Part shown: in pieces, positions 1 to 11,637 of the stretch
Position numbering within the stretch: position 1 is the first letter of the stretch
Layout of the letters: each line of letters opens with the position of its first letter
From: Podarcis vaucheri
Taxonomy: Eukaryota
NCBI GenBank assembly: GCA_965113315.1
Contig: OZ220370.1
Strand: one strand, 5' to 3'
Length of the DNA: 64,000 nt
Program-made: the position numbers and the translations under genes
Notes under the pieces: generated by a model
What the model was told of the DNA's origin: nothing
Databases searched by the model: none
The model's input: only the letters and a program-made list of their open reading frames with translations

Positions 1-371
1 GTTGCTTTCTATCCCACATTGCAGCACCTATTCAGATACCAGACAAATGAGGCTTTTTTCTAAGGTGACTCACCTACCCAGTTCAGGTGTAACATTCTCA
101 ACTCAACAAACTCTAGTTTCTCCTTCTAGCAGGGATAAATTCACAGGCTACCACCTCCTTATGCACCATCTGCGAGAAAACCTCATGGTTTGTTAAACCA
201 CAGTTTCCCTATAAAGTCTACACTAGGAAACTGATATAAGCATTCCCTACAGTCCAAAGTCTGCCAAGTACTAGATATGAACCATGATCAATCCTAGTTG
301 GTACAGTGTGCTTAAATCACAGTTTTCAGGTTTGAACATTGCAGGGAAACTGTAGTTTCACCATTTCCAGA

Positions 372-475
372 GGGGTATGCATGTTAGTCTGTTGCAGCAA
401 AAACCAAAGAGAATTTTGTGCTATTCCATGCACCTGATGAAGTGGTTACAAAAAGTTATGCCATAATAAATTTGA
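372..475. mobile_element. Penelope-like retroelement remnant (degraded)
   Basis: GTTAGTCTGTTGCAGCAAAAAC...CCTGATGAAGTGG...AAGTTATGCCATAATAAATTTG resembles the terminal repeats of reptile Penelope elements; recognised by pattern only. Confidence 0.4.
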
Positions 476-1961
476 GGTAGCATAACTGATTAAAGTTTGT
501 CCTTGTTAATCAGCAGGCTGTGGGCATGAGGAGAGCCCATCCCTCTACTCAGGAGAATGTATGTTATTTAAAGAAATTGAAAGGTAGCAGCACCAGTTTA
601 GGGTGACTGAGCAGGAGTATATAATCCTTATCTGGTGTTAATTATCCATGTGAGTTGCCCAAAGGAGAGAAGCTACCCTTACCTGAAGTGCTCAAGGCAA
701 GGAGAAAGTAAGTGTCCTTGAAGCCACACATGAGTTCAAGGGGCCTAATTCCCAGCCTAAGAGTGATTTATATTGGACTTTCATCCAACCTTCACCACAA
801 TACTATGATTAGGTTGAGAGATACTTAATGCATTTCCTTTGTGAACAATCAGGGTTTAGAACCTGAGTCCCCCTAAATCCAAACCACCTATCACTGTTCC
901 TCTGTCCTGTTACATTTACTGTACATGTGAAACAAAAGAATTTAAATATATCACATAGCTAAATTCATTTCAATATTCATTTCTGACTTGAACCTTTTCC
1001 CCTTGCTTAAAAAACTACCATTCCCTTGAAGATGACATTCGCTAATGCCAGCTGTGCCTATTGGCAACATTCATGATTTGACATTGCTCCATAGTCAATA
1101 TATGCTAGTTTTCAGTGTTGCACTAAATATAGGAATTCCAGCTTGTTGAAAGACACAGCCTTGGTTGTTGTTTTTTTATAATCTAATTGCCAGTAACTCC
1201 TTTGAGATTTCTCTTGAAAGAATGGGTGCTCCTCAGATTACTTCAGTCAAAGAATGTTGTATGTTATATGCTGACTTGAAGCAGGCTGGAATTATTTACA
1301 GTTAATCAGAAAGGGTGCACTGGAAAAGGTTTACCTTATGTAAAAATGAGCACTGTGCCACTTTGCCCTTGATTAAGCATTGCTAATATTGATCTTGGTT
1401 TGAGAAAAAGCATTTCTTTGGTGGATGTTTGTAGAAATCAGCACCCTTATAGACTATTGCTTCTCCATCTCTCTGAATGTAGCCATCCAGGTACATTTGG
1501 CTCCAAGATACTGTGTATTTTACCGTTCTTTATATTATAGAACTTCATCTTTCCCCCAAGCAATTTCTGTTAGTTTTATCATGCATTCAATTTTCTACAA
1601 GTAATAAATGCTAAAATGTAGAATTACACTAAATCCTTCAACTCTGAAGTTCATTTAGAGTAGTCTTTCTACTTATTTTATTAATATGATTGGATATATG
1701 ACTTCTGTTGTCTCCAAATTAATAATGCCAATAATTGAAAGCACTTTTTAGAACTTGATAAACATACTTAAACTATTTCAAATTACTTGCTTTTAAATTC
1801 TTGCACAGATTAATTGGTTATACTGTTCATTCAAAGCTGTTTTTGCAGTCAGTGGGAATAAAATATATCAACTGTTGATTGACTTGAGATGAATTTATTG
1901 TGTGTAATAATGCTGTTTTATACACCCTGATTATGAGAAGCAGTCTTACATACTTAACATA

Positions 1962-2165
1962 CAGTCATACCTTGGGATGAATACGGTTCGGGTTAGGCAT
2001 TTTCGGGTTGCACTCCATGGCGACCCAGAAGTAACGGAGCGCATTACTTCCAGGTTTCGCCGCGCGCGCATGCACAGACCGTCAAAATGACGTCACGCGC
2101 ATGCGCAGAAACTAGAAAACGTGACACACGGACACGGGTTACGTTCGCATCCCAAGGTACCACTG
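1962..2165. mobile_element. Tc1/mariner (pogo/Tigger-like) MITE
   Basis: TA|CAGTCATACCTTGGGATG ... CATCCCAAGGTACCACTG|TA: terminal inverted repeats, TA target-site duplication, CpG-rich interior. Confidence 0.85.
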
Positions 2166-2276
2166 TACTTATAAAAATCACACAACCTTACATTCTTTTC
2201 CTGTTGCTGACAAAATGTTTTGTGCAGCTAAACTTGTGATCATGCATTTTGTTTTGTGTCCCCCCCCCCTTTACAG

Positions 2277-2299
2277 GAAAGAACTTGAGATCTTCAAAG
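2277..2299 (+). CDS. DTNBP1: Dysbindin-1 internal 23-nt coding exon (exon 7 equivalent), (R)KELEIFK(A)
   Basis: Pyrimidine tract + TTACAG|G AAA GAA CTT GAG ATC TTC AAA G|GTAATT; matches dysbindin KELETFK; ends in phase 1 and joins exon 28870 in frame (G+CT=Ala). Confidence 0.9.
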
Positions 2300-3689
2300 G
2301 TAATTCAAATCCTCCCCCACCCCTTAGGACAACTTTTACAAAATCAAATGTAACAAAAGATATCTATTTCGCTTTTGTTTCTGTATTGCACTAACTTCTG
2401 GCAGACCAGTTCTGCAGATCAGCTTTAGCTACCATAATGCAAACAAGCGTCTTACTCTGTCTTCCTGGCTATATATGTTTCTTGTTGAAGTAAATAAGTA
2501 ATGCTCTGTTGTGCTGATATGCTGGTAGTAATTTGCAGTTTGAACTCCTTGACTGAGTGAAATGGGGAGGCTGGAAAGGGATATAGGAGGTGTGTACAGA
2601 CTTTTCATCCTCCCAACTGGCCTGAGGTGTTGAATGCTGTTAAGCATATGTTGCATGTGGGCATTGTGCCTATGGTGGATGACTACTAATCCATAGTGTG
2701 GCAGTGTGTTTCCTGCTGTTGTGGGCAGTTATGATGCACAACTTGTTGAGACAAAATGTCTGAGGCACAAAATATTAACCTGCCATTTTTAAAATTGTTA
2801 GCAATTGCTAAATGTGTGATTTTCCTTAGCTAAGTGAGTGATTTTATTATTGCATAACACAGTCAATTAACTTCAACAGATAACAAGTGGCACGTTATAT
2901 AAAATGCCACATTGTTTTAGCTTGGTATTGAAAATGTCTTGTTTGTCATGACAGCTTTAAACTCAGGCTCCATTAGTAGATGGCCAAAGAGTAGGTAAAT
3001 GTAATTCTGTGCTATTATTAATTCTTGCATTATAGAGTGAACAATATAAACTATGTTTTAAAAAAAATCTTCTAGCTTTGAGTTTTGAAAGTCAGTGGCA
3101 TATATCATAGCTGTCTTCTGTTGCATAGAATTTAGTGTGTTTATATATTCAGCCTGCCCTCTGATCTAGTGCTGCAGCTAAATGTCAGGTCTGTCCATTG
3201 GGGGCTGACCTGACATATATTATTGAGAACTGGATGGACAGGCTGGATAGAATTGATCCAGCTCAGCTCCTTCTACCTGGGTACCCAATTCGGCCTCAAA
3301 ACAGATTGGAAGATTAGCCAGGGTGTGTGTCACAGGAATCCACAGTGAGTCTTATCTTTCTTGTGAGGAGACACATCCATTCTGCTAAGGGTTATGTGGG
3401 TCTGCACCTCACGTTGAACTATAGAGAGATAATAGGGATACTGTTGCAGTACCATCTATCCTGTTGCCTAGAATTCATTCCTGACCAAGGTAGTCTTGGA
3501 GTTAGTGCTGGAGGATCCCAGGACTGAGTATTGAAATTCATTTTGTTAGTTTGAGTCCAGTTCTTTAATTTGTTAAGCTCGCATTGAATCCTGATTCTAT
3601 TTCTGAGGCATTAGCTACTCCTCAGGAATCCAATATGGGTACGCCTTTCAGATATCCTCATATCTTAGGAACCTGTCTGTACCAACCTA

Positions 3690-4110
3690 TCAGCGTTTAT
3701 TTACCAAAGCCAGACTAAATGTATTTCTATCGGAAGTGCTAAATGGTAGACTGAGAAGCATCCCTTATCAGAATAGGCTTTATGTTCTCAGGACATCGAT
3801 TGTATGAAGCATATCTTACTGCATTGTGGGCAGTACAAGCAAGCAAGGGACCAACTGATTAAACCCCTACTAGCAAATCTGCCAAGAAAATCGGAAGCCT
3901 CCCATATTAAATATCTTTTGGATGACAGGTCTAATGATATCATACTGGCTGTGGCAAAGTTTCTTTCAGAAGTTATAAGAAACAACGATTATCATGCTTA
4001 AGACCAAACAAAATGACCACCTCGGTTTCTCTATCTTGTGTGGCTGGCTATCTTAACTGTATTTTGTTCTGAAATTACTCTATGGGTCTTTGAACTGCAA
4101 TAAAGATTCT
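3690..4110 (+). mobile_element. 3' end of a degraded non-LTR retrotransposon (ORF2 C-terminus)
   Basis: ORF 3804-4001 HILLHCGQYKQARDQLIKPLL...AVAKFL resembles the H-x4-C-x2-Y-x3-R C-terminal motif of LINE ORF2s; AATAAA follows near 4099; clade uncertain. Confidence 0.45.
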
Positions 4111-4254
4111 CTCAACAAGCCCTCACAGCTTAGTGCCATCTGCAGATTTCCTCTATTCATTTGAGTCATTGATAAAAATATTGTAACAACCTCCGGGCAC
4201 AGGTCAGAACCCTGCAGCACCTCACTTGTCCCCTCCCCCCCCCACTCAGTCAAG

Positions 4255-4424
4255 GAGTTTGCGAACGATCTTTGGAACCCGAACGTCCAGTGTGTGTTCC
4301 ACAGCTTCTGGTTGGCTGCAGGAGCTTCCCGCAGCCAATTGGAAGCTGTGCCTTGGTTTCCGTATGTTCTGGAAGTCGAATGAACTTCCGGAATGGATTC
4401 CATTTGGCTTCCGAGGTACAACTG
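4255..4424. mobile_element. Partial Tigger-like MITE (right end only) with internal palindrome
   Basis: Ends in GAGGTACAACTG like the GGTACCACTG termini of other MITEs here; 20-bp hairpin at 4300-4350. Confidence 0.55.
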
Positions 4425-5352
4425 CTCAGTGCCTTGCATGTCTTCTGGGATGTCCTGGTTGCTGTCTGAATGTACCAGTCCCTGACGAGGAGAATGGCAT
4501 CACTGGCATATGTTAAAACTCAATATAGAAATTGGAGGAACTGGTTGCTTTTGATATTCCAAGGATTATTTTATATTTAATTTATATTTACGACTGTATT
4601 AGTTTTTGTCTTTTATGTTATTTTATGGATTATAACTTGCTCTTAGATCATTTGATATAGAAAGGGTTAGCAATTAAAGTTAATATTAATAAAGTTGTAC
4701 AACTGTGTGTATTTGGGCAGCTCTGTTGTAAACTACAATGATGATGAATAGTAAATATATATTTCTGACTTCCTAGTTTCATATAATAGTTAATTTTATT
4801 TCTCCCATGAAGCAATTATTGTAATTATTGAAAAACTAATTTTGACTGCCATAAAATGTCAGTGATTTCCAAATGTATGTATTCAAGTGGACACTTCCAT
4901 TTCTGCTGTAAGGCATACTTGATTATTTCTTTGTTCTAAATTGCAATATGAGTTTCAGCTACAGATATTTTTAGTAGAATAGGCAGTGCCAGCTGAAATC
5001 TGCCCCCCCCCCTTCAGAGCTTTGAAATAATTTTGAAAAAAATTGTAATAAAGTTTTCAATACTTTCTAACAGTTTCATGTGGAGATGAGAACTGGTCTT
5101 GAAATATGTCTTAAATAGCGATGTGATTGTCTATGAGGGAGTAGATGTATCTGAGAAGTCCTAACCATTTTCTGTGGATACTTGGATCTAATTACAGGTT
5201 TTATTTGCAACATGGCTGCCACTCATCCCCCCCCCCCGCTTCACTGAAAGTACGATACTGGCAAGGAAAGTACAAGATGCTATATTTGTTTGAGTTACTG
5301 ATACTTTACAGGGTAAACATCACTAGACTAGTTTGAGGTTGTTAACTATGCT

Positions 5353-6228
5353 GCGGGGGCAGACCATCCAAATTGGTCCCACCTTCCTGCAGAGAGGAAG
5401 GGTCGCGGAGAAGTCCAGTTGCACCAGGAAGTGATCTGACCATGGCACTTCTTTTGTTTCACTTTTACTTAATATCAGATCACCAACATCCATAGAGGTG
5501 AACACCAGGTCTAAGGCATGTCTGTGGCTATGAGTTGGGCCAAACTTATTCAGGGACAGCCCCATGGAGGCCATGCTTTCCACGAAGTCCCGAGTGGCCC
5601 CTTGTAAGGTCGTGTCAGCATGGATGTTAAAATCCCCTCGGACAACCAAGCTAGGTGTCACCAGGGGAACATCTGCCATGACCTGAAGCAGCTCGAGCAG
5701 GAAATCATTGGTGCAGCGGGGAGGTCGGTACACCAAAGGAATCCTGTACTGCCCCTATTGCCCAACTTCCAGAACATGCACTCAGAAAACTGGGTATTCC
5801 CAATAGGACGCTTGGTGCAAACTAATGACTTCCTAAAAAATCACTGCAACCGCCCCTCCCCGCCCAGATGACCTGGGTTGCTGTGCGCAAGAGAAACCTG
5901 GTGGGCAAGCAGCGGCAAGGATAGGCCCATCTGCTTCATCCAACCAGGTCTCTGTCACACATGCCAGGTCAAATCCTCCATCCACAATCAGGTCGTGGGT
6001 GGCAGTGGTCTTATTCATCATTGACCTGGCATTGCACAGCAACACTTTCAGGTCATGTGGGTTTCCCTTGCTGATTCCAGTATCCTTCTGGTCAGGACCA
6101 GACCCGGAGGTAGGGATAGTCCTCAGACAACAACTAAACCTGCCTCCTCGGTCATAACATGGTCTGGTCTTAGCATAGCTCCTCCTGCCCATTTCTAGTG
6201 ATATGATCCTCCATTTCTAGTGATATGA
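5353..6228 (-). mobile_element. L2/CR1-group LINE ORF2 fragment: complete APE endonuclease domain, no RT
   Basis: ORFs 5833-6192 and 5323-5736 (same frame) give LLCNARS, VTETWL, GRGGAVAV, VYRPP, GDFNIH, LDLVF and SDHFLV, the AP-endonuclease motifs of LINE ORF2; linker disrupted by two compensating 1-nt indels. Confidence 0.9.
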
Positions 6229-7670
6229 GCCTTCATCTGTACTTCTAGTGTTTTTTTCTAGGTTGGTGGTGGGAGGTAGGGATATCTTGGATAATTTTAA
6301 TGATAATTTTAATGTTAACCTCTTTCTGAACTTTGCAAGGTATATACTGTATGACAGGGATTCAGCAAGTGAGACATATCAGTAGAAGCTTGAACAAGAA
6401 ATTTGTGTCTTGCACAATGGAGCTTCCCCCTTGCCCTCTATGCCCCTTGAAATTGTTTTGGGGTGGGGAGTTGGGAGAACTCCTTGAACGGTGCACGGGG
6501 GGGGGGGGAGGGAGGAGTGCTATTCCATATGGCAAGTAGAAATGCATGCCCTGACAGAACGATTGGCATAGCATGATGTTGAATTATTCCGTATGTCTTT
6601 ACTGAGATACGCAGTGTATTCCTTACTGTTGCCTGTTGAGCAGATAATGACGAGTGAGGGTATGCAGGTGATGTTTCTGTTAATGAAACTAGCTTCAAAT
6701 TGCAGCCTTAAAATAGTGCAAAAAGAGGGAACGTAATGCTCCTGTGTAAACGTATGATGCTTCCACAATTACAGTGTTGCATGTATGATACTGGGTAGCT
6801 CAGAATGTAGAACTGGATAAGGTATAAAAAGAGCAGTTAAAATCTGGGAGGGGACACTTTGCACCCCCCCTTTTTCTCCCACTGTGCACAAACAGGTTTA
6901 ACTGTATGCTTGCATTTAAATCATGTTTTTTTGTTTTTTGCTTGAGAAAGCATTTCTAAATTGTGAAAACTCACATTGTTGAGATTATCAGGCACAGGAA
7001 TGTTAATGGGTATTTGGCTTAACAGAGCAAATCATAATAAGCTGTGATTGAATAATTTGTGTGATGTGTGTATCGCACATTAGCACAGTGTTTTCAAGTT
7101 CAGACTCTCTGTGTGTATATGCACGTGTGTGCGCACACCACACACATGCAAAAGGGGGGAAATGCATTTCTAGCAAGACTAGTACATAATCTGTTCTGAA
7201 GGGTTATTAAACACAACCATAATTGGTAATTTTGGGAGGGGAGAGCCAAATAAACTGTTCCTATTTAAACTGAAATCTGTTCATCAGTGGCTTAATTGAA
7301 TAATGTATTGCATTTTGTTAGACAATCAAGTATTAGCTGTTAGTGTATTCCTTATGACCACTTACCACCCCTTTTTCAAACGGCATGTGGTAGCTCCCAG
7401 ATATAGGCATGCATTCTGGAATACCACATCTCCTGACAGCTTATGTTCAGTTTATGGAGCAACAGTGGAAGAATTTGTCCTTGTTTGTTTCAGTTTTATG
7501 TGAATGACCAATTGATGTGGTCTGTCCTGTGTAGTTCTCGAGTGGGGGAATGGATGTGTAGTATCATTCTTTTACGACGGGAAAGATGTACATCACTAGA
7601 GCTGCTTAGTAATTGGAGGTTTCACTTGATCTGCACTGTGCTTCTGTTTACTTGCCTGTTTCTCTCTGCC

Positions 7671-7713
7671 ATGTCTTCTCCAGGAACCAGTGAGAATAAT
7701 CGGAAGAATTCTT
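7671..7713 (+). CDS. DTNBP1: Candidate alternative DTNBP1 exon (alternative first coding exon MSSPGTSENNRKNS, or 30-nt cassette 7684-7713)
   Basis: GCC-ATG at 7671, open frame to a phase-1 donor TCTT|GTAGGT (7714) that splices in frame to exon 28870; a pyrimidine tract + CAG|G acceptor at 7683/7684 is in the same frame; no transcript evidence available. Confidence 0.5.
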
Positions 7714-10700
7714 GTAGGTGAAAGTTTATTAATGGTTTTCATCTTTAAAGCTCTCATTGTATTAAAATTCCAGTTAAAGCAATTTGTAAGCTATTTTTTG
7801 ATCTTTGGTTTTGCTTAACTTGTACTGTGTATTCTGATGGTGGAATAGCTGGAGATCTTATTTATGTAGCTGAGAAGAGTAAATGAAAAAATATTCCTGC
7901 ATATTTATAGCAGGCATTGTTATTCCTTTGCCTTGATTATAAAATGAAATTTTGCAGGCATGTATCTAAGCTGATGATGATCTAGGTCTGTAATTATGTA
8001 AGAGTTCATAGAAATGTACATTGCCAGGCACTGGATAAAATTTGCCTAGTACACACTTCTTTCTTTAAAAAAGAAATCATTAAAATTAAATATGATATTA
8101 GAGAACAGTAGTCAGGAATCCATTTCTGTTGAATCATTTCTGTAATGTTGACTGCTGGCATCCTTTAGTACAAGCATGTTTTAACATGAAGCAGGTGGTT
8201 TCATATTTGGTAGATTGGAGAAAAAGAGTGGTATAAGAGTGGTATACCAATCCAGAACTTTTTTTTCTGCTAGTAATGTTTAAATGAGAGGTTGGTTTCT
8301 GATGTGTTCCTTTTTGCTTTTAAAGCTATCATTGCAAAGCCATGTTTTTAAAAGAGCATTTCCCCACATATGTGAAGAATGAAACAATCAAAATCACTTT
8401 TAATTTTTTTTAAAATTTTGACTAAAATGTCACATAAAAGATGCAATTTTGATTTTTTAATGTTTCAAATACATAGTCTATGCATGATTAAACTATTTGC
8501 TTGCTATAAGATATTTGCTTGGCATAAATCCTAGTGTAGAATATGTTTTCATGCAGTTGGGCAATGTTTTCAGATTAGTGTTATCAAAAAAATGTTAGTA
8601 CTTTACTCTATTTCCACTATTAAAAATAAATAAAAGATGTACTAATTCAAAAATGGCAGAAATTATTATCCAAAGTGAGAATTCCATGTTACAGTTCTTG
8701 CTTTTAAAAAAAAGGGATAAACTCACATTTCTGCGAGTTGGCACTCAGAATTTTGTGTGTTATTCTTTACAGTCTTCACTCTTCTTGCAGTGTCTTTTCG
8801 TTGCTTTGTTTTGTCCTGTTTTACATGTTAGCATGTGTGTGTGTATGTTTTAGTTAAGCCAACACTGAAGCTTCTCTGAAGTCTAAAAGAGCCTTTTCCA
8901 GTACCTAGTTCCCAGATGTTGTTAGATTACTGCCCCCATCACACTACCATGGGGAAACTGTTCCAGTGACAATGCCCACATGCTTCCCCTGTCTAGGGTT
9001 TGTTTTAAAGGCCCAGGGTAGAGCTTCACATAGTCATTCTGTTGTGAGCTGGCCTCCCCTGCACCTGTACAGACATTGACAGTTAATGCATGAGAGGAGC
9101 ACAACCCCAGTTGCATCCCCATCAGCTCTAGGCACAGCATGCAATGACCCTGCTTCTGCCAGTCTGTAGGCATACCTACAGGCCAGGGGTTCAAATCCCT
9201 TTGTTTCGTACGCCTACTATTGTATGAGCACAACATACAGTCTCAATGGAAGAAGGAAAGCCTGCACAGTATGTTACCATCCTAGCTATATGTGCAGAGA
9301 GTACATGCAGCCCTACTGGGACAAAGGTTCAATATCATCTGGTGACACAAAGACTCTTGCCCCACAGCCCAGGGGTCAGCACATGCAGCAAAAGGCATTG
9401 ACAGCATCAACCTCCAGAGGCTCACTGTATACAATACTGGACTGGGAAGCAGGATGTGGCAGTTTCAGGTCCACCAGAAAAAAGGGCAAATGTAGCCCCC
9501 CCCCCCTTTTGTATGCCTGGTTAAAGTCATGTCAGGCAAAAGAGAATGTGATTTCAGGACTTGAAGTCATGCTGCAAACACCATGGAGCAGTGCCTGAAA
9601 CCATATACTATAACAGCTGACAACAATCAAGCACATAATGAGCCATTTGTCTTCTCTTCTGCCAACTTCAACACCTGCATAGATGCCAGGAATCCAGAAG
9701 GAATCCTAGCTGGGTGAAACAGCTCACATTTTACATGCAAGGGACCCAAGTTTCAATCTGAGTATTACTCCATACCAGGCACACCAGAAAAGTGCTGCAT
9801 GGTACCAATAACTCAGCCTGTGTATGGGCCAACAGTCCTTTTCGTTTGCCTCACTCCTGGCAACCTATGTGATCAATCCATTACATACCCTGCTATTTTG
9901 CCTGATAGGTTGGTTCTGCTGGATAGGCAGAGGCAGAGGGCTCACTGCCTGCTTTTATTTTCATTCACTGCTGTACATCCCAAGAGGCATTCTAACCTCA
10001 TGGTAAAGGATCCTTGACTGAACAGGGGTGAAGGGCCACTCCTAAACCCTTCAAGCTCTCAGCCTCTGTGATTTCCATCCTGAGGCCAGCTGAAGCCAGA
10101 TCATGCTAGAGTGTGGGAAAGCAATCTTTATCTATCAATCTCTGGGAATAAGGAAACAACACATATGGCAGTTATAGCACTGATTGATCAGCATCTGGGG
10201 TGGGGTAGAACTCAGTAAATCCTGCAAGGAAAAGGCAAACATTTGGGATTGGCAAGATGCCACTCCAGCAGGGTGCTTGTCCTGTGCTTTGCACCAGCCA
10301 TACCTGCTTCATGTTAGGAGTATCTTCACTTGTTGCAAAACTGTCTGCCATGGAGCTTACAGTGGTAGCTGCGGAACAGTCAGCCTGAGGAGACCAAGAG
10401 TAATGAGTAGTAGGCAGCAGCTGGATTATAGCTGAATCTGGATGCAGAAAGGCAGAGAGAGACAAGGGAGAGTGGTACAACCCAAGTGCTCATGTGTTCC
10501 TCCTGCAGTGACTGTGAGTACACACCCCTTTTTCATCCTTGGGGGTTGCAGTGGAAATCCGAGTGTGATCTTGCAATGCATTAGGGATAATGGGGTTCAA
10601 TAGCAGTAGTTGAATTTGAGTGCTGGGTCTTTGCTAACAGCTTACCTGCAATGTTGGGATGAGTGCTTCACCTTAATGTGGAAAGTATTACTTTCTGCTG

Positions 10701-11159
10701 AAAGTACATTTTACTGTTAACAGCAATGCGGTTCAGGAAAGACACAGTGTTCATGTATGACTGATGTAGGGATGGGAGACAAGGGAAGCATTTGGAACAA
10801 TTCTGCATTGTGTCATGGTTACCCCTGATCTCTTGCTTACCTGTGTGGGGTGCTCCATCCTGGCACCCTCATTGTTGGAGTGAGGTTTACTGTTGGATAT
10901 TTGTATCTGGATTCTAAAGATAATATACCTGTTTGGGTTCTAGGCAGAGAAGCAATACACTGTTTTCTATGAGTAATTTGGAGACAGTGACCTTTGCTAG
11001 AATTAGTTCTTGCAAGCTCTAAGTGTGTATGGCGTGGGACCAGAGAAATGTAGCAGCATGTAGCATGCCCTGTTGCCTTGTGTTGTGGTCTCCCTGCGTG
11101 TGGTTAATATATTGGTGGTGATATGCTGTGGTTTGGCATTGAGTTACACCATATGTTAT

Positions 11160-11637
11160 GAGACGCAGGTGGGCTTGTGGATCGTGAGGTCAGCAGTTTT
11201 AATCTGTGTGATAGGGTGAGCTCTCGTTGCTTTTTCCTAGCTCCTGCCAACCTAGCATACCCGCATGAGTAGATAATAATAATAATTTAATAATAATAGT
11301 TTATTATTTGTACCCCGCTCATCTGGCTGGGTTTCCCCAGCCACTCTGGGCGGCTTCCAACAAAGATTAAAAATACATTAAAATGTCACACATTAAAAAC
11401 TTCCCTGAACAGGGAACTTCCCTGATAAAGAGATACTGCTACAACAGGAAGGTAAATGATGCTTCCATGTGCTCTGTCTTCTGTTGCAGTGTCCTGTGCG
11501 CAAGAAGCAGTTTAGTCAACCCAGAAAGCTGTCTGCGGACAAATGGTGGCTCCCTTGGCTTGAAAGCAGAAATGAGACCACACCCCATAGTCGATTTTGA
11601 CTGGACTTAACCATCCTGGGTCCTTTACCGTTATACC
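11160..11637 (+). mobile_element. Old full-length Sauria SINE interrupted by an L2 3' end
   Basis: GGGTGAGCTCTCGTTGC..AGCTCCTGCCAACCTAGCA..GTAGATAA, resuming after the insert with GGAAGGTAAA..CCCAGAAAGCTGTCTGCGGAC..GACTGGACTTAAC..GGTCCTTTACC; matches the Sauria SINE layout. Confidence 0.75.
11277..11423 (-). mobile_element. 5'-truncated L2-type LINE 3' end with (AAT)n tail
   Basis: Reverse of ...GGAAGCCGCCCAGAGTGGCTGGGGAAACCCAGCCAGATGAGCGGGGTACAAATAATAA; flanked by GATAA duplication (11272-11276, 11424-11428). Confidence 0.75.

Noticed and set aside
6460-6516. G-rich tract with G-quadruplex potential
   Set aside because: Poly-G/C runs are scattered across the whole window and are error-prone homopolymers; nothing singles this one out
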